Shown: positions 46,249 to 53,900 of the stretch, one piece after another
How positions within the stretch are numbered: position 1 is the first letter of the stretch
How the letters are laid out: each line of letters opens with the position of its first letter
IMG/VR virus record: IMGVR_UViG_3300046167_000027
Location: 1 to 53,900 of that record
Length of the DNA: 53,900 bases
Reading direction: 5' to 3' (one strand)
Origin: a virus
Lineage: Duplodnaviria; Caudoviricetes
Made by a program: the position numbers and the translations under genes
Notes under the pieces: model-generated
The model's database searches: none
What the model saw: the letters and a program-made list of their open reading frames with translations, nothing else
Told to the model about the DNA's origin: nothing

Positions 46249-46940
46249 TTATTCTCCTTTCTTTTTATCAATATAAATTCTCATGTGTGTAGACTCATTT
46301 AAGTTCTGACCAAAGTATGTAGCACCTGTACCCCTTAACTCAGGCTTGATGTGCTGCCCTCGCACCCTCATCTTGTATGAGTCTTTGTTAAGGTACTTCT
46401 TCAAGGTGTCAACAAACTCCTGACCATCTGTGTCATTAGGTATCTCACTGAACACATGTACCCACATCCTTTGTTAGGTTGTAACAGGTCATTGGCTATT
46501 CTATATTGAGCCTTCCAATACTCTGCATTGTTTACCTCATGCTCATACCTTTCCTTCATGGCTTGATAGGCTTCTCTAGGCACTACAGTTTCATCATGCT
46601 CAAGTTGTTGGACAAGACGTTGGTTTTCTAACTCAAGCTCTTTAATCTTTTCAATGTGTCTGCCATTCCTTTCAAACCCCATCTTGTAAGCTCTATGTGA
46701 TGAGTCTAATGACTGCTTTAGTTCCTTGACCTTACCTTCTTGTGTATCAGTCCTAACGTCTTCGTCATTCTGTTTAACAAATGCTCTGACCATATGTTGA
46801 AAGTCCATATGTGATATGGGTATGTACCTATCCTCTGCTTTTGAATAGTAATCCTTATGACCTAAGTCATACATATCACTTGCTAACTTACCTGTACTTG
46901 TTGTTGCTCCCAACATCTGTACTACTCTGTGTATCTTCAT
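46249..46940 (-). CDS. Coiled-coil hypothetical protein, probably one gene with an indel ~46455
   Basis: ORFs 46401-46940 and 46249-46467 join at GCGY|VFSEIPND. Confidence 0.55.
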
Positions 46941-46950
46941 GTTATTTCTC

Positions 46951-47091
46951 CTAATCTGTTATATCTATTGCGACTATATCATATTCATTAAGCATGTCTC
47001 GTATTTGGTCTACACTATATGCTTTAATATAAATATAAGTTGTAAAAGTTTCGCTACCATCTACTTTCCATTCTACATAGTATCTATTCAT
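46951..47091 (-). CDS. 46-aa hypothetical protein
   Basis: MNRYYVEW...YIKAYSVDQIRDML...; fills the gap. Confidence 0.6.
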   Translation of the reverse strand: MNRYYVEWKVDGSETFTTYIYIKAYSVDQIRDMLNEYDIVAIDITD

Positions 47092-47515
47092 CTTTAATCT
47101 CCCATCTGTAAAATATGTGGTCATCTATTCGTGTTACATACGTCTTAGTATCTGCCCAACTAGGATTGACATAGTGAGCATGGTAGTGTGTAGCACCCTC
47201 AACAAAGTCATCTAGGTGTCCATTGTATACACCATTAGCAATGTGCATAGCCGTTCTCCATGCCTGATGTTCTCTAGGCTTGTCACTCTTGCCATCACAG
47301 TACCAACTGAACTGACACCTATTCTTGATAGGAAAGTCAGGCTTCCATTTGTATGTTGCACCTTGTTTAACTACGTCACATACTGTGTTAGGGTATCGTG
47401 TATCCTTTACCCTATTCATCACAACTTGTGCGACTGCTACTTGCCCTATGAAACTTTGATTCTTAGCTTCATGGTACACGTTGAGTGCTAGGCATATCAT
47501 TGATTCCATTAGCAT
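47084..47515 (-). CDS. SleB-like cell wall hydrolase (Hydrolase_2)
   Basis: CLALNVYHEA...AVAQVVMNRV...CQFSWYCDG...GATHYH...HIFY. Confidence 0.9.
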   Translation of the reverse strand: MLMESMICLALNVYHEAKNQSFIGQVAVAQVVMNRVKDTRYPNTVCDVVKQGATYKWKPDFPIKNRCQFSWYCDGKSDKPREHQAWRTAMHIANGVYNGHLDDFVEGATHYHAHYVNPSWADTKTYVTRIDDHIFYRWEIKDE

Positions 47516-47517
47516 TG

Positions 47518-47709
47518 TTATATCTCCTGTCCTCTACGTTCAAGTTCTTGTTCTAATTGACCAATAACATTGTCAAAACAATCTTTAATTGTAAAGATAG
47601 TTCCATCATTATCTTTTGGTGTATCAAGTAACTTCGCTTGTTTAACTTGACGTTGAATGTCGTACATATCACACAACATATCTTTGATATTCATTTGGTC
47701 AAAAGCCAT
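47518..47709 (-). CDS. Hypothetical protein
   Basis: Coupled ORF with GGAG RBS. Confidence 0.65.
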   Translation of the reverse strand: MAFDQMNIKDMLCDMYDIQRQVKQAKLLDTPKDNDGTIFTIKDCFDNVIGQLEQELERRGQEI

Positions 47710-47912
47710 TATACATTCTCCTCTGCACTATTTATAAATAAAAACCCACCACTATTACCCTCAGGGTCAGAACTTACTGCTATCTTAACGTCTTCATACT
47801 TAGGTTTAGTTAGTATAAACTCAGGGAATCCTTCTGCATCTATGCCTAAGAATGTCTTTATCTTGAATCCTTCTAACTGCTTGTAGTATCTGTCTTTAAA
47901 TTCTCCCATCAT
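47709..47912 (-). CDS. Hypothetical protein
   Basis: SSDPEGNSGGFL motif; coupled. Confidence 0.7.
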   Translation of the reverse strand: MMGEFKDRYYKQLEGFKIKTFLGIDAEGFPEFILTKPKYEDVKIAVSSDPEGNSGGFLFINSAEENV

Positions 47913-48151
47913 ACATTCTCCTTTTTAAATACTGTATTCCAAGTGTCTTCAATCTCATCATCAAGATTACCATCACGAATAAATTCTAGTTGGTCTTTGA
48001 CATATTGTATGCGACATTGTTTAAGTGTCCAAAAGTCTGTTGCTACTTCTTCAAAGAATAATACAGGTTGAAGTTCTTCCTTGCTCATACGTAATGCTTG
48101 GTAATATAATACATTAACCAATGCCAACATATATCTACTTTCGTTTGTCAT
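47909..48151 (-). CDS. Hypothetical protein
   Basis: Coupled ORF with GGAG RBS. Confidence 0.65.
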   Translation of the reverse strand: MTNESRYMLALVNVLYYQALRMSKEELQPVLFFEEVATDFWTLKQCRIQYVKDQLEFIRDGNLDDEIEDTWNTVFKKENV

Positions 48152-49182
48152 ACCATCTCCTTGTTGTTGTTATACATATCAAACCATTCATCTAACTGTA
48201 TGCCCTTGAGTATATGTGCAATCACATCAACTGTCCACCCATTACCAATCATCTTGTATCGCTGACTATTTGATACATGATTGGTGTAGTTGTCAGGTAG
48301 CGTTTGTAAGCGTTCACATTCTAAGCAACTTAATTTTCTCCACATATCTTTTGATACTGCAACCTTGGGTTCTCTGTGTCCACCTTGCATGGTAGTAAGA
48401 GTAGGTGCTTTACCCTCTTGTGCATACACTCTCTTGATTGAGTCATGCCCTTTAAGGTCAGCAGTACCAACCCTAATCAATCCATCTTTAGACATGGTAG
48501 GGTTATCTTTCAGTACCATAGTACGTTGCTTACGTTCAATACTATTCCACCATACTGCACCATTATACCTAGCAGTAAGACAATGAGACTTGCCACCACT
48601 AGTCATCTCGTCTGTAGCATAGCCATCTTCTAGTATGTCTTGCATAGTAATACCCTTGTCAATCATGTCATCAATAGGCATCTGCTTGTACGTACCATCA
48701 GCTTGTAGCTTACCAAACCAATATAGTCTGTATCTATTCTGACCACTAAGCCACTTAGAGTTTCTAGCTTGTGGCTCAAACCCCATGTATTCTGATATCA
48801 CATCTTGTGATTTCTTAGCCATACGTACATTCTCTAAGAGTACATACTTAGGCTTGACCACCTTGAGTATATCCACAAAGTTGAAGAACAACTTACTACG
48901 TGGGTCATCAAACTGAAGCTGATGTCCTGCAAAAGAAAATCCCTGACATGGCGAGCCACCCATCATTAGGTCTATACCCCAACATGATATCTCATATGGG
49001 TCTAGGTCTGTAACATCTCCTAGCTGAAAGGTATTAGGAAAGTTAGCTTGTGTAACCTTGATAGCATAGGGGTCAATCTCTGATGCAAAGTAACAGTTAT
49101 CCTTGCCATCAAAGGTAATGCCTAGCTTTTGTAGGGCAACTTGACCACCACTACAACCATCAAATAAACTTAGTGTATTCAT
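48148..49182 (-). CDS. DNA (cytosine-5)-methyltransferase
   Basis: LFDGCSGG, GGSPCQGFS, LLENV, QNRYRLYW, ERLQ, KMIGNGW. Confidence 0.92.
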   Translation of the reverse strand: MNTLSLFDGCSGGQVALQKLGITFDGKDNCYFASEIDPYAIKVTQANFPNTFQLGDVTDLDPYEISCWGIDLMMGGSPCQGFSFAGHQLQFDDPRSKLFFNFVDILKVVKPKYVLLENVRMAKKSQDVISEYMGFEPQARNSKWLSGQNRYRLYWFGKLQADGTYKQMPIDDMIDKGITMQDILEDGYATDEMTSGGKSHCLTARYNGAVWWNSIERKQRTMVLKDNPTMSKDGLIRVGTADLKGHDSIKRVYAQEGKAPTLTTMQGGHREPKVAVSKDMWRKLSCLECERLQTLPDNYTNHVSNSQRYKMIGNGWTVDVIAHILKGIQLDEWFDMYNNNKEMV

Positions 49183-49331
49183 TGTGTTATCTCCTCAATA
49201 ATTACGTCATCATAACCTTTGTTAATCCATTCATCATAATGTTTTTTTGCAGTTTCATAGTGAGTGTAGTAATCATCTACACCACCTACCCACACAATCC
49301 ATCTAAAACCTAGCATATATTCTATACTCAT
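49179..49331 (-). CDS. Hypothetical protein
   Basis: WIVWVGGVDDYY...GYDDV; GGAG RBS. Confidence 0.65.
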   Translation of the reverse strand: MSIEYMLGFRWIVWVGGVDDYYTHYETAKKHYDEWINKGYDDVIIEEITQ

Positions 49332-49333
49332 AT

Positions 49334-49462
49334 CTATTCTCCATATCCTTGAGGACAACAATCCTCACAGTAAGTTTCATCTTTATAAAAGAAACACACC
49401 TCTGCACAAGTCATGTCTCCACAGTTATTACATTCTAGACTATATACGTATTCGTCTTCCAT
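49334..49462 (-). CDS. 42-aa Zn-finger-like protein
   Basis: MEDEYVYSLECNNCGDMTCAEVCFFYKDETYCEDCCPQGYGE*. Confidence 0.6.
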   Translation of the reverse strand: MEDEYVYSLECNNCGDMTCAEVCFFYKDETYCEDCCPQGYGE

Positions 49463-49542
49463 GTCATACTCCTATTGTTATCACGTACCATAGTAGTCCA
49501 ACTACTATGATAGATGATGTTATTGTTTTGACATCGTTATTG

Positions 49543-49926
49543 TTAGGCATCTTCCCATGCCTTAGTGGTGAAGCCATGCCCATTATGTTCAATGAATCTT
49601 CTACCATGAAACTTAATCCTAGATTTGAGTTCCTCAATAGTCAAGTCTTTGACATCAGCAGAGTTGCCTTCGTCATCACAACTAAGCACTAATGCATTGC
49701 CACTTATAACATAGTTAGCTATGCCTTCGTTGTCCACATCGAGTTCAGCAAAGTAATTACTTTCTTTTAGATTGCCTTCTTCGTCTACCCATATGTCATT
49801 GCCATTCAAGTTGTATGGATACACCTCTAACATTCTACAGTTAAGTAACTCTAGCTTATGGTGGTAGTCTCTTACGTCTACCTCTACGATGAGTTCGTCT
49901 TTAGTGTTGATTAGATATGCCTTCAT
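49543..49926 (-). CDS. Early hypothetical protein (DUF3846-like)
   Basis: IWVDEEG...ISGNALV. Confidence 0.7.
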   Translation of the reverse strand: MKAYLINTKDELIVEVDVRDYHHKLELLNCRMLEVYPYNLNGNDIWVDEEGNLKESNYFAELDVDNEGIANYVISGNALVLSCDDEGNSADVKDLTIEELKSRIKFHGRRFIEHNGHGFTTKAWEDA

Positions 49927-50108
49927 TAGTTGTACTCCTTCACATATAAAAATTCAATCTTCTCTGTTGGGTGGACTGCCCTAGCAGTATCCATTGCATG
50001 TTCTATTGCATACTCCCATGATGCATCAGGTAGGGCATCAGAGTGGACATTTAATTGCCCACTCTCTGCACCTATCTTGATACCTACTTGCCAATATGGT
50101 ATTGTCAT
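49926..50108 (-). CDS. Early hypothetical protein
   Basis: TAATG-coupled ORF. Confidence 0.65.
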   Translation of the reverse strand: MTIPYWQVGIKIGAESGQLNVHSDALPDASWEYAIEHAMDTARAVHPTEKIEFLYVKEYN

Positions 50109-50485
50109 TAGGCTACCTTTCTTTTTCTACCTAGCTTAGACTTAGCCAAGTCTTTTAGGTTGGTTACATTGAAAGAGCCATAGCTCATGCTCTTGAACTC
50201 TTTCCCTTTTCGTATTGCTCTGCAAACAGAGGTCATGTCTTGTACCAAGACCATGAAAGCAGTAGTCGCAGTATTCTGAATATAGAATCCCTCGTCTGCT
50301 TTAGCACCTCTAGACATCTCTAAGGACATCTTGTATAGCTTCATCTTAGATAGTGGTAAGCCTACCACTTCTTCATAGATGGGTGCTAGAGTGTCATAGA
50401 TTTTCTGACCTCTCTCGCTTAAGCATTGACCTGTCTGACCTGTAGATTGTTTCCAATATGAAACGTTGAATGTCTTATTACTCAT
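50108..50485 (-). CDS. Early hypothetical protein
   Basis: ATG 50485 with AAGGAGATATA RBS. Confidence 0.75.
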   Translation of the reverse strand: MSNKTFNVSYWKQSTGQTGQCLSERGQKIYDTLAPIYEEVVGLPLSKMKLYKMSLEMSRGAKADEGFYIQNTATTAFMVLVQDMTSVCRAIRKGKEFKSMSYGSFNVTNLKDLAKSKLGRKRKVA

Positions 50486-50540
50486 AGTATATCTCCTTTT
50501 GTTGGTTGAGTTAGTGTCCGACATCGGACTGTTACTTTGC

Positions 50541-50693
50541 TTATGCAAAATTCTTTTCTTGTATATTATGTTTAGCCTTACGTTGTGCTTGTCTATCTCT
50601 TTTCCAATCATCACGCTTAGCCTTCTTAACTGTCTTCTTGACAGATATCTTCTCGAATGTTTCGTGTTTAATCTTTCGCAATTTAATCTCCAT
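50541..50693 (-). CDS. Small basic early protein
   Basis: MEIKLRKIKHETFEK...RKAK. Confidence 0.6.
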   Translation of the reverse strand: MEIKLRKIKHETFEKISVKKTVKKAKRDDWKRDRQAQRKAKHNIQEKNFA

Positions 50694-50758
50694 AGTTATT
50701 ATAAATAATATATATAATACTTTCATATAACATTCAAGTATTATATATATTATAATTG

Positions 50759-51496
50759 TTAAATGTATTTAGCACCTGCTCCATGAGCCACAATAGCAAT
50801 GCTCTTGGCATTGATATCTGAGCCACTACATAGCTTACAGCTATCACAGGTAGTACGTCTACCTGCTTCTTCTGATGCAGGACATAGTATCTCTTTGCCC
50901 TTTACCATTGCATTGACAGAGTCAATAACTCTGAATGTTCTAATGCCACTATCCCATGAAGCCATAGCTTCATCTAGACTGTCGGCACTCTTCATACATA
51001 AGTCATATCTTTGATTGACTGACTGATGAGTATAACCTGTTCTACCTTTTGAGTAGAACAAAAAGCTATCCCATATGTAAGATGGTACTGCTGATGGGTC
51101 TCCATAAGACCCAAGTCTTATGAGTCTATCTTTGCCAAGAATAGCTAGAGCATTATCTCCTCTGATGTAATCATACTGACCCTTCTTGTATGTTTTCCAA
51201 ACATTCAAAGGTGCTTGATAGATAGCAACATAACAAGCTCTATCCTTGGCTAACTTCCTATCGGAAGAAGCATCAACGGCAATACCTCGAAGCTTACAGT
51301 CTCCACAAATAGAGTAGTCTAAGCCAAGCTTATTAGCTTCTCTTGGGTCGGTATCCTTAACAAGGATAAAGGTTTGTATCATGCCACCACCTGTCTTGCT
51401 ATTGCCTGATGCCTTGTCAAAGCCTGTTGCAATAACAACAATATCAACACCATCAATCATAGATTGACCCTCATATAAAATGTAACCATTAGCCAT
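50759..51496 (-). CDS. Cys-rich putative Fe-S / radical-SAM-like early protein
   Basis: NSKTG, SICGDC...ACYV, RLGSYGDP, GYTH, CPAS...CDSCKLC, AHG. Confidence 0.6.
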   Translation of the reverse strand: MANGYILYEGQSMIDGVDIVVIATGFDKASGNSKTGGGMIQTFILVKDTDPREANKLGLDYSICGDCKLRGIAVDASSDRKLAKDRACYVAIYQAPLNVWKTYKKGQYDYIRGDNALAILGKDRLIRLGSYGDPSAVPSYIWDSFLFYSKGRTGYTHQSVNQRYDLCMKSADSLDEAMASWDSGIRTFRVIDSVNAMVKGKEILCPASEEAGRRTTCDSCKLCSGSDINAKSIAIVAHGAGAKYI

Positions 51497-51500
51497 AGTA

Positions 51501-51752
51501 CTAGTACTCCCTAATCTTATCATTAATGTAAGTGTACTCCTTGATATCCAAGAGAGTATCTTCGTACTCTCTCTTTGCCATGTCATTCAAACCATCATGC
51601 CACTTGACATAGCTAGATATAACTTCGTTAGTTGCCATGCTAGTTAAGATACAACTCCCTTCCTTAAGGTTGGTAACCTTCTCAAGTACGTATCTGTTGC
51701 CTTTGGCAATAACATCATCACTCATATTTTGAAAGCCATAATTAAATCTCAT
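51501..51752 (-). CDS. Early hypothetical protein
   Basis: GGAG RBS. Confidence 0.65.
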   Translation of the reverse strand: MRFNYGFQNMSDDVIAKGNRYVLEKVTNLKEGSCILTSMATNEVISSYVKWHDGLNDMAKREYEDTLLDIKEYTYINDKIREY

Positions 51753-51800
51753 AGTAATCTCCGATTAAAAGTTAAAGTTAAAGTGTCCGACATCGGACTG

Positions 51801-52001
51801 TTAGCCATCATCACACATGTGAGCATCCCACTCATCAGGTGTGATACCTGTCATAATGAACTCTCGTTCATCTTCACAGAGGTTAGGCATGGCATTTTGA
51901 ATAAGCATGCCACCTTCCCATAGAGCAATTTGCTCATGGCTAACATCAATATCCATTGTGGATATTTTCTTGGAAAGAATTGATTGTCTTGTAATAATCA
52001 T
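51801..52001 (-). CDS. Early conserved hypothetical protein
   Basis: LIQNAMPNL..DEREFIMTGITPDEW; AAGGAG RBS. Confidence 0.75.
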   Translation of the reverse strand: MIITRQSILSKKISTMDIDVSHEQIALWEGGMLIQNAMPNLCEDEREFIMTGITPDEWDAHMCDDG

Positions 52002-52104
52002 ATTAAACTCCTTAAGTTTAAAAGTGTCCGACATCGGACTGTTTAAGTTATATATATAATAAATAATATTTCAATAAAATATTATATTATTTATTATTAT
52101 ATTA

Positions 52105-52320
52105 CTAATTGTTTCTATTGATATGAATTATAAATAATCCCACCATTAACAAAGTTAATCCCATTGCTCCAATCAAACCAATGAAAGCAATTCCCATAGG
52201 GAATCCCTCGTTGACTGCATCACTCATGTAATACCCATCAGCTTCGCCAAGGGTTACCCAAGCCATTAAAGTTACAGGTATTCCTAAAAGGAATATTAAT
52301 ACACCATCAAATTTACTCAT
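52105..52320 (-). CDS. Two-TM early membrane protein
   Basis: Two hydrophobic helices. Confidence 0.65.
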   Translation of the reverse strand: MSKFDGVLIFLLGIPVTLMAWVTLGEADGYYMSDAVNEGFPMGIAFIGLIGAMGLTLLMVGLFIIHINRNN

Positions 52321-52466
52321 TATGTCCACCTATTTTCTATTTTATCTTCGACAATATCCTTAATAAAACTTTGCAAATCTAAGATTTGTTTTAGAGATAA
52401 CTTATCTCTGATTATATACTTTGTATTAAAGATAAGATTATCTTCATACCTTTGTTCATCTGTCAT
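52320..52466 (-). CDS. 48-aa early protein
   Basis: MTDEQRYEDNLIF...; GGAG RBS; TAATG coupling. Confidence 0.6.
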   Translation of the reverse strand: MTDEQRYEDNLIFNTKYIIRDKLSLKQILDLQSFIKDIVEDKIENRWT

Positions 52467-52467
52467 T

Positions 52468-52743
52468 TTAAACTCCGTTTAACATATCATTTAATATCTG
52501 AATAGCTTTGCTATTATCAGAGAGTCCGACATCGGACAGTTTACCTTTGGTAAGGCTATCTTTGAACATCTTTGCTTCAAGTTCATTCTTCCTTGAAACA
52601 TAGACCTCCATAGGCTCTTCATGGTCTTTGACCATCTGAATCCAATTACTACGTAATTGCTTATGATTATAATTAGAACCAAAGTTCTGCTTAACATTAG
52701 TCTTGCACCAAAGCTTGCCTTTACGAATTTTGTTACCAATCAT
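52468..52743 (-). CDS. Early hypothetical protein containing a palindrome copy (encodes SDVG)
   Basis: AAGGAG RBS. Confidence 0.7.
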   Translation of the reverse strand: MIGNKIRKGKLWCKTNVKQNFGSNYNHKQLRSNWIQMVKDHEEPMEVYVSRKNELEAKMFKDSLTKGKLSDVGLSDNSKAIQILNDMLNGV

Positions 52744-52849
52744 GTAAATCTCCTTAAGATATATATATAATTAAATACTTCACAAATAGTTTGTATTTAA
52801 TTATGTATATTTCTAAATGTTAAAGTTAAAGTTAAAAGATAAAGTAGCA

Positions 52850-53449
52850 TTAAGCTACTTCATCTAATTGAATGTTTTCTTCGATAAGTTCTAATTGCTC
52901 TTTTAGAGCAAGAAGGAACTCTTCTTTTGAGATACCATTGGTATCAAGAGCCAAGACAGTTTCAAAGGCTACATCGGAAGCTGTAAGCTTCTTTTGAACC
53001 TTTGGTTCTTCTTTGACAGACTGTCCGACATCGGACTGTTCAGAAGATTTATCTTCTATTTGAAGAACCTCTTGAGTTGAAGTATCTTCTTGCTTTGGCT
53101 TGTTCTCAAAAGCATAAGCTTTTATCATTGCTGACAAAGAGGTAAACCTCTTCTTTGGGTTATTCTTCAACCAAGTAACGTAGTTACTGTGATTAGAAAA
53201 CAAGTTCAAAGCTTCGCTTCTTCTTCTCTTGTCAATGGCATTAATGCCATATTTAAGAGCAAGCTCTTTAGTTATCAGCTTCGTATTCTCTAAAGAGAGA
53301 ATGTCAGAGATAAGCTTTCCAAGCTTGAACTCAAAACTCTCTGTGCTGAAAACCATCTTTGTAGTTTTCGTTCTCAAAGAAGATTGCTCTTTCTTGTAAG
53401 CTGAAGTTAATTCTGAAGCGATTGATTTTAGAGTTTGAATGTTTTGCAT
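52850..53449 (-). CDS. First early gene, hypothetical protein containing a palindrome copy
   Basis: GAGG RBS; IDKRRRSEAL motif; downstream of the early promoter. Confidence 0.75.
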   Translation of the reverse strand: MQNIQTLKSIASELTSAYKKEQSSLRTKTTKMVFSTESFEFKLGKLISDILSLENTKLITKELALKYGINAIDKRRRSEALNLFSNHSNYVTWLKNNPKKRFTSLSAMIKAYAFENKPKQEDTSTQEVLQIEDKSSEQSDVGQSVKEEPKVQKKLTASDVAFETVLALDTNGISKEEFLLALKEQLELIEENIQLDEVA

Positions 53450-53517
53450 TTGATTTTCCTCGTTATGTTATATATAAAGTTAAGTGAGTTCTCACAAGAG
53501 AACGAACTCACTTAACT

Positions 53518-53546
53518 GTTATATAACTATACTTTCAGCTTGTCAA
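53518..53546 (-). promoter_or_regulatory. Early sigma70-type promoter
   Basis: Minus strand TTGACA(53546-53541)-N17-TATAAC(53523-53518). Confidence 0.7.
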
Positions 53547-53655
53547 GCCACATCAATAGACTATTGTCGAAGTAAGTATCGACTATGTTTATTTAAGATT
53601 ACTTCAACCGACTGTCCGACATCGGACTCTTACTACTAGGGTAGTACTTCTGTAG

Positions 53656-53900
53656 TCCTCCCCTCCGATATCCTTCTGTTGTCAAAAAACTGACACCTCT
53701 CATCGTAGATGTTATGGAAACTGATAGTAAATGAGTTGCATATCATGGTTAAAGCATTGATATTGCTACATATTTCCTTGCACATAACACGCATTACACA
53801 TAATCCCTGCAAATCTGCACACATTATGCCTATATATGCCCACATATCACGCATATACACGGGGGTAGGCATGAGCCATAGGGGGGTTGGGGGTACGTAT
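53656..53900. repeat. Right direct terminal repeat (245 bp)
   Basis: Matches 1-245. Confidence 0.95.

Larger units (their letters stand above)
50705..53517. repeat. Four long intergenic inverted repeats (14-18 bp arms, 12-14 nt loops)
   Basis: 50705-50753, 52056-52097, 52761-52810, 53478-53517. Confidence 0.9.
50516..53627. repeat. Six dispersed copies of palindrome GTCCGA-CA-TCGGAC
   Basis: Exact copies starting at 50516, 51785, 52026, 52524, 53023, 53614. Confidence 0.95.

Noticed and set aside
1820-46460. About a dozen frameshifts (1316 gene, 3020, 3900, lysozyme, terS, 20494, 22348, S74 fibre, integrase, 46249) as programmed frameshifting or pseudogenes
   Set aside because: They are mostly single-base insertions doubling an adjacent base, they hit essential genes, and they lack slippery heptamers. 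Long-read consensus error is the simplest explanation; reads would be needed to confirm.
7587-48633. Numerous antisense or alternate-frame ORFs in the track (e.g. 7587-8057, 31885-32601, 37476-37871, 42858-43256)
   Set aside because: They are shadows of well-supported genes, with Ser/Leu-rich antisense composition and no RBS
50705-53517. Hairpins as N4-type virion RNAP promoters or as integrase core sites
   Set aside because: No RNA polymerase motifs were recognised. Loops of 12-14 nt are too long for N4 hairpins and for the 6-8 bp spacers of tyrosine recombinase sites.
50516-53627. Palindrome copies as a CRISPR array or mini-array
   Set aside because: The repeat is only 14-19 bp, spacing is 240-1270 bp with genes in between, and there is no cas operon. 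The Cas4-like exonuclease is a normal replication gene.
1-53900. tRNA genes, introns/inteins, stop-codon reassignment
   Set aside because: No cloverleaf or T-loop signature was noticed in the few intergenic gaps. TerL, PolA and NrdJ have normal lengths, and TAA, TAG and TGA all terminate well-supported genes. A tRNAscan/ARAGORN run would be the decisive check.

Overview
The window appears to be a complete ~53.9 kb linear genome of an AT-rich tailed phage with podovirus-type architecture, bounded by a 245-bp direct terminal repeat (1-245 = 53656-53900). The + strand from ~0.6 to 34.8 kb carries small basic proteins, lysis genes, terminase, portal, scaffold, capsid, tail tubes, a modular tail-fibre island and internal virion proteins. 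The - strand from ~53.5 down to 34.8 kb carries early genes, a C5 methyltransferase, a tyrosine integrase, primase, helicase, a family A DNA polymerase with a DnaJ-type Zn-finger insert, nucleases, class II RNR and MazG. That gene set is characteristic of marine HMO-2011-type phages, with a probable alphaproteobacterial host (inference). About a dozen single-base frameshifts look like long-read indel errors, and I reconstructed several genes across them by eye. Main unexplained signals: (1) six identical, co-oriented 14-bp palindromes GTCCGACATCGGAC confined to the last 3.4 kb, two inside ORFs, interleaved with four long hairpins that share a loop motif; (2) a recurrent hydrophobic-x-x-G-G peptide tag in about six late proteins, clustered around an uncharacterised conserved gene; (3) two tail modules, each an adaptor plus exactly three paralogous small genes, joined by a repeated GGAGAYTTAGCAT junction; (4) an unannotated metallothionein-like peptide; (5) an Rmf-like gene next to mazG; (6) apparent genome-wide avoidance of CCWGG and GATC. 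All family assignments come from motif recognition by eye, not database searches.
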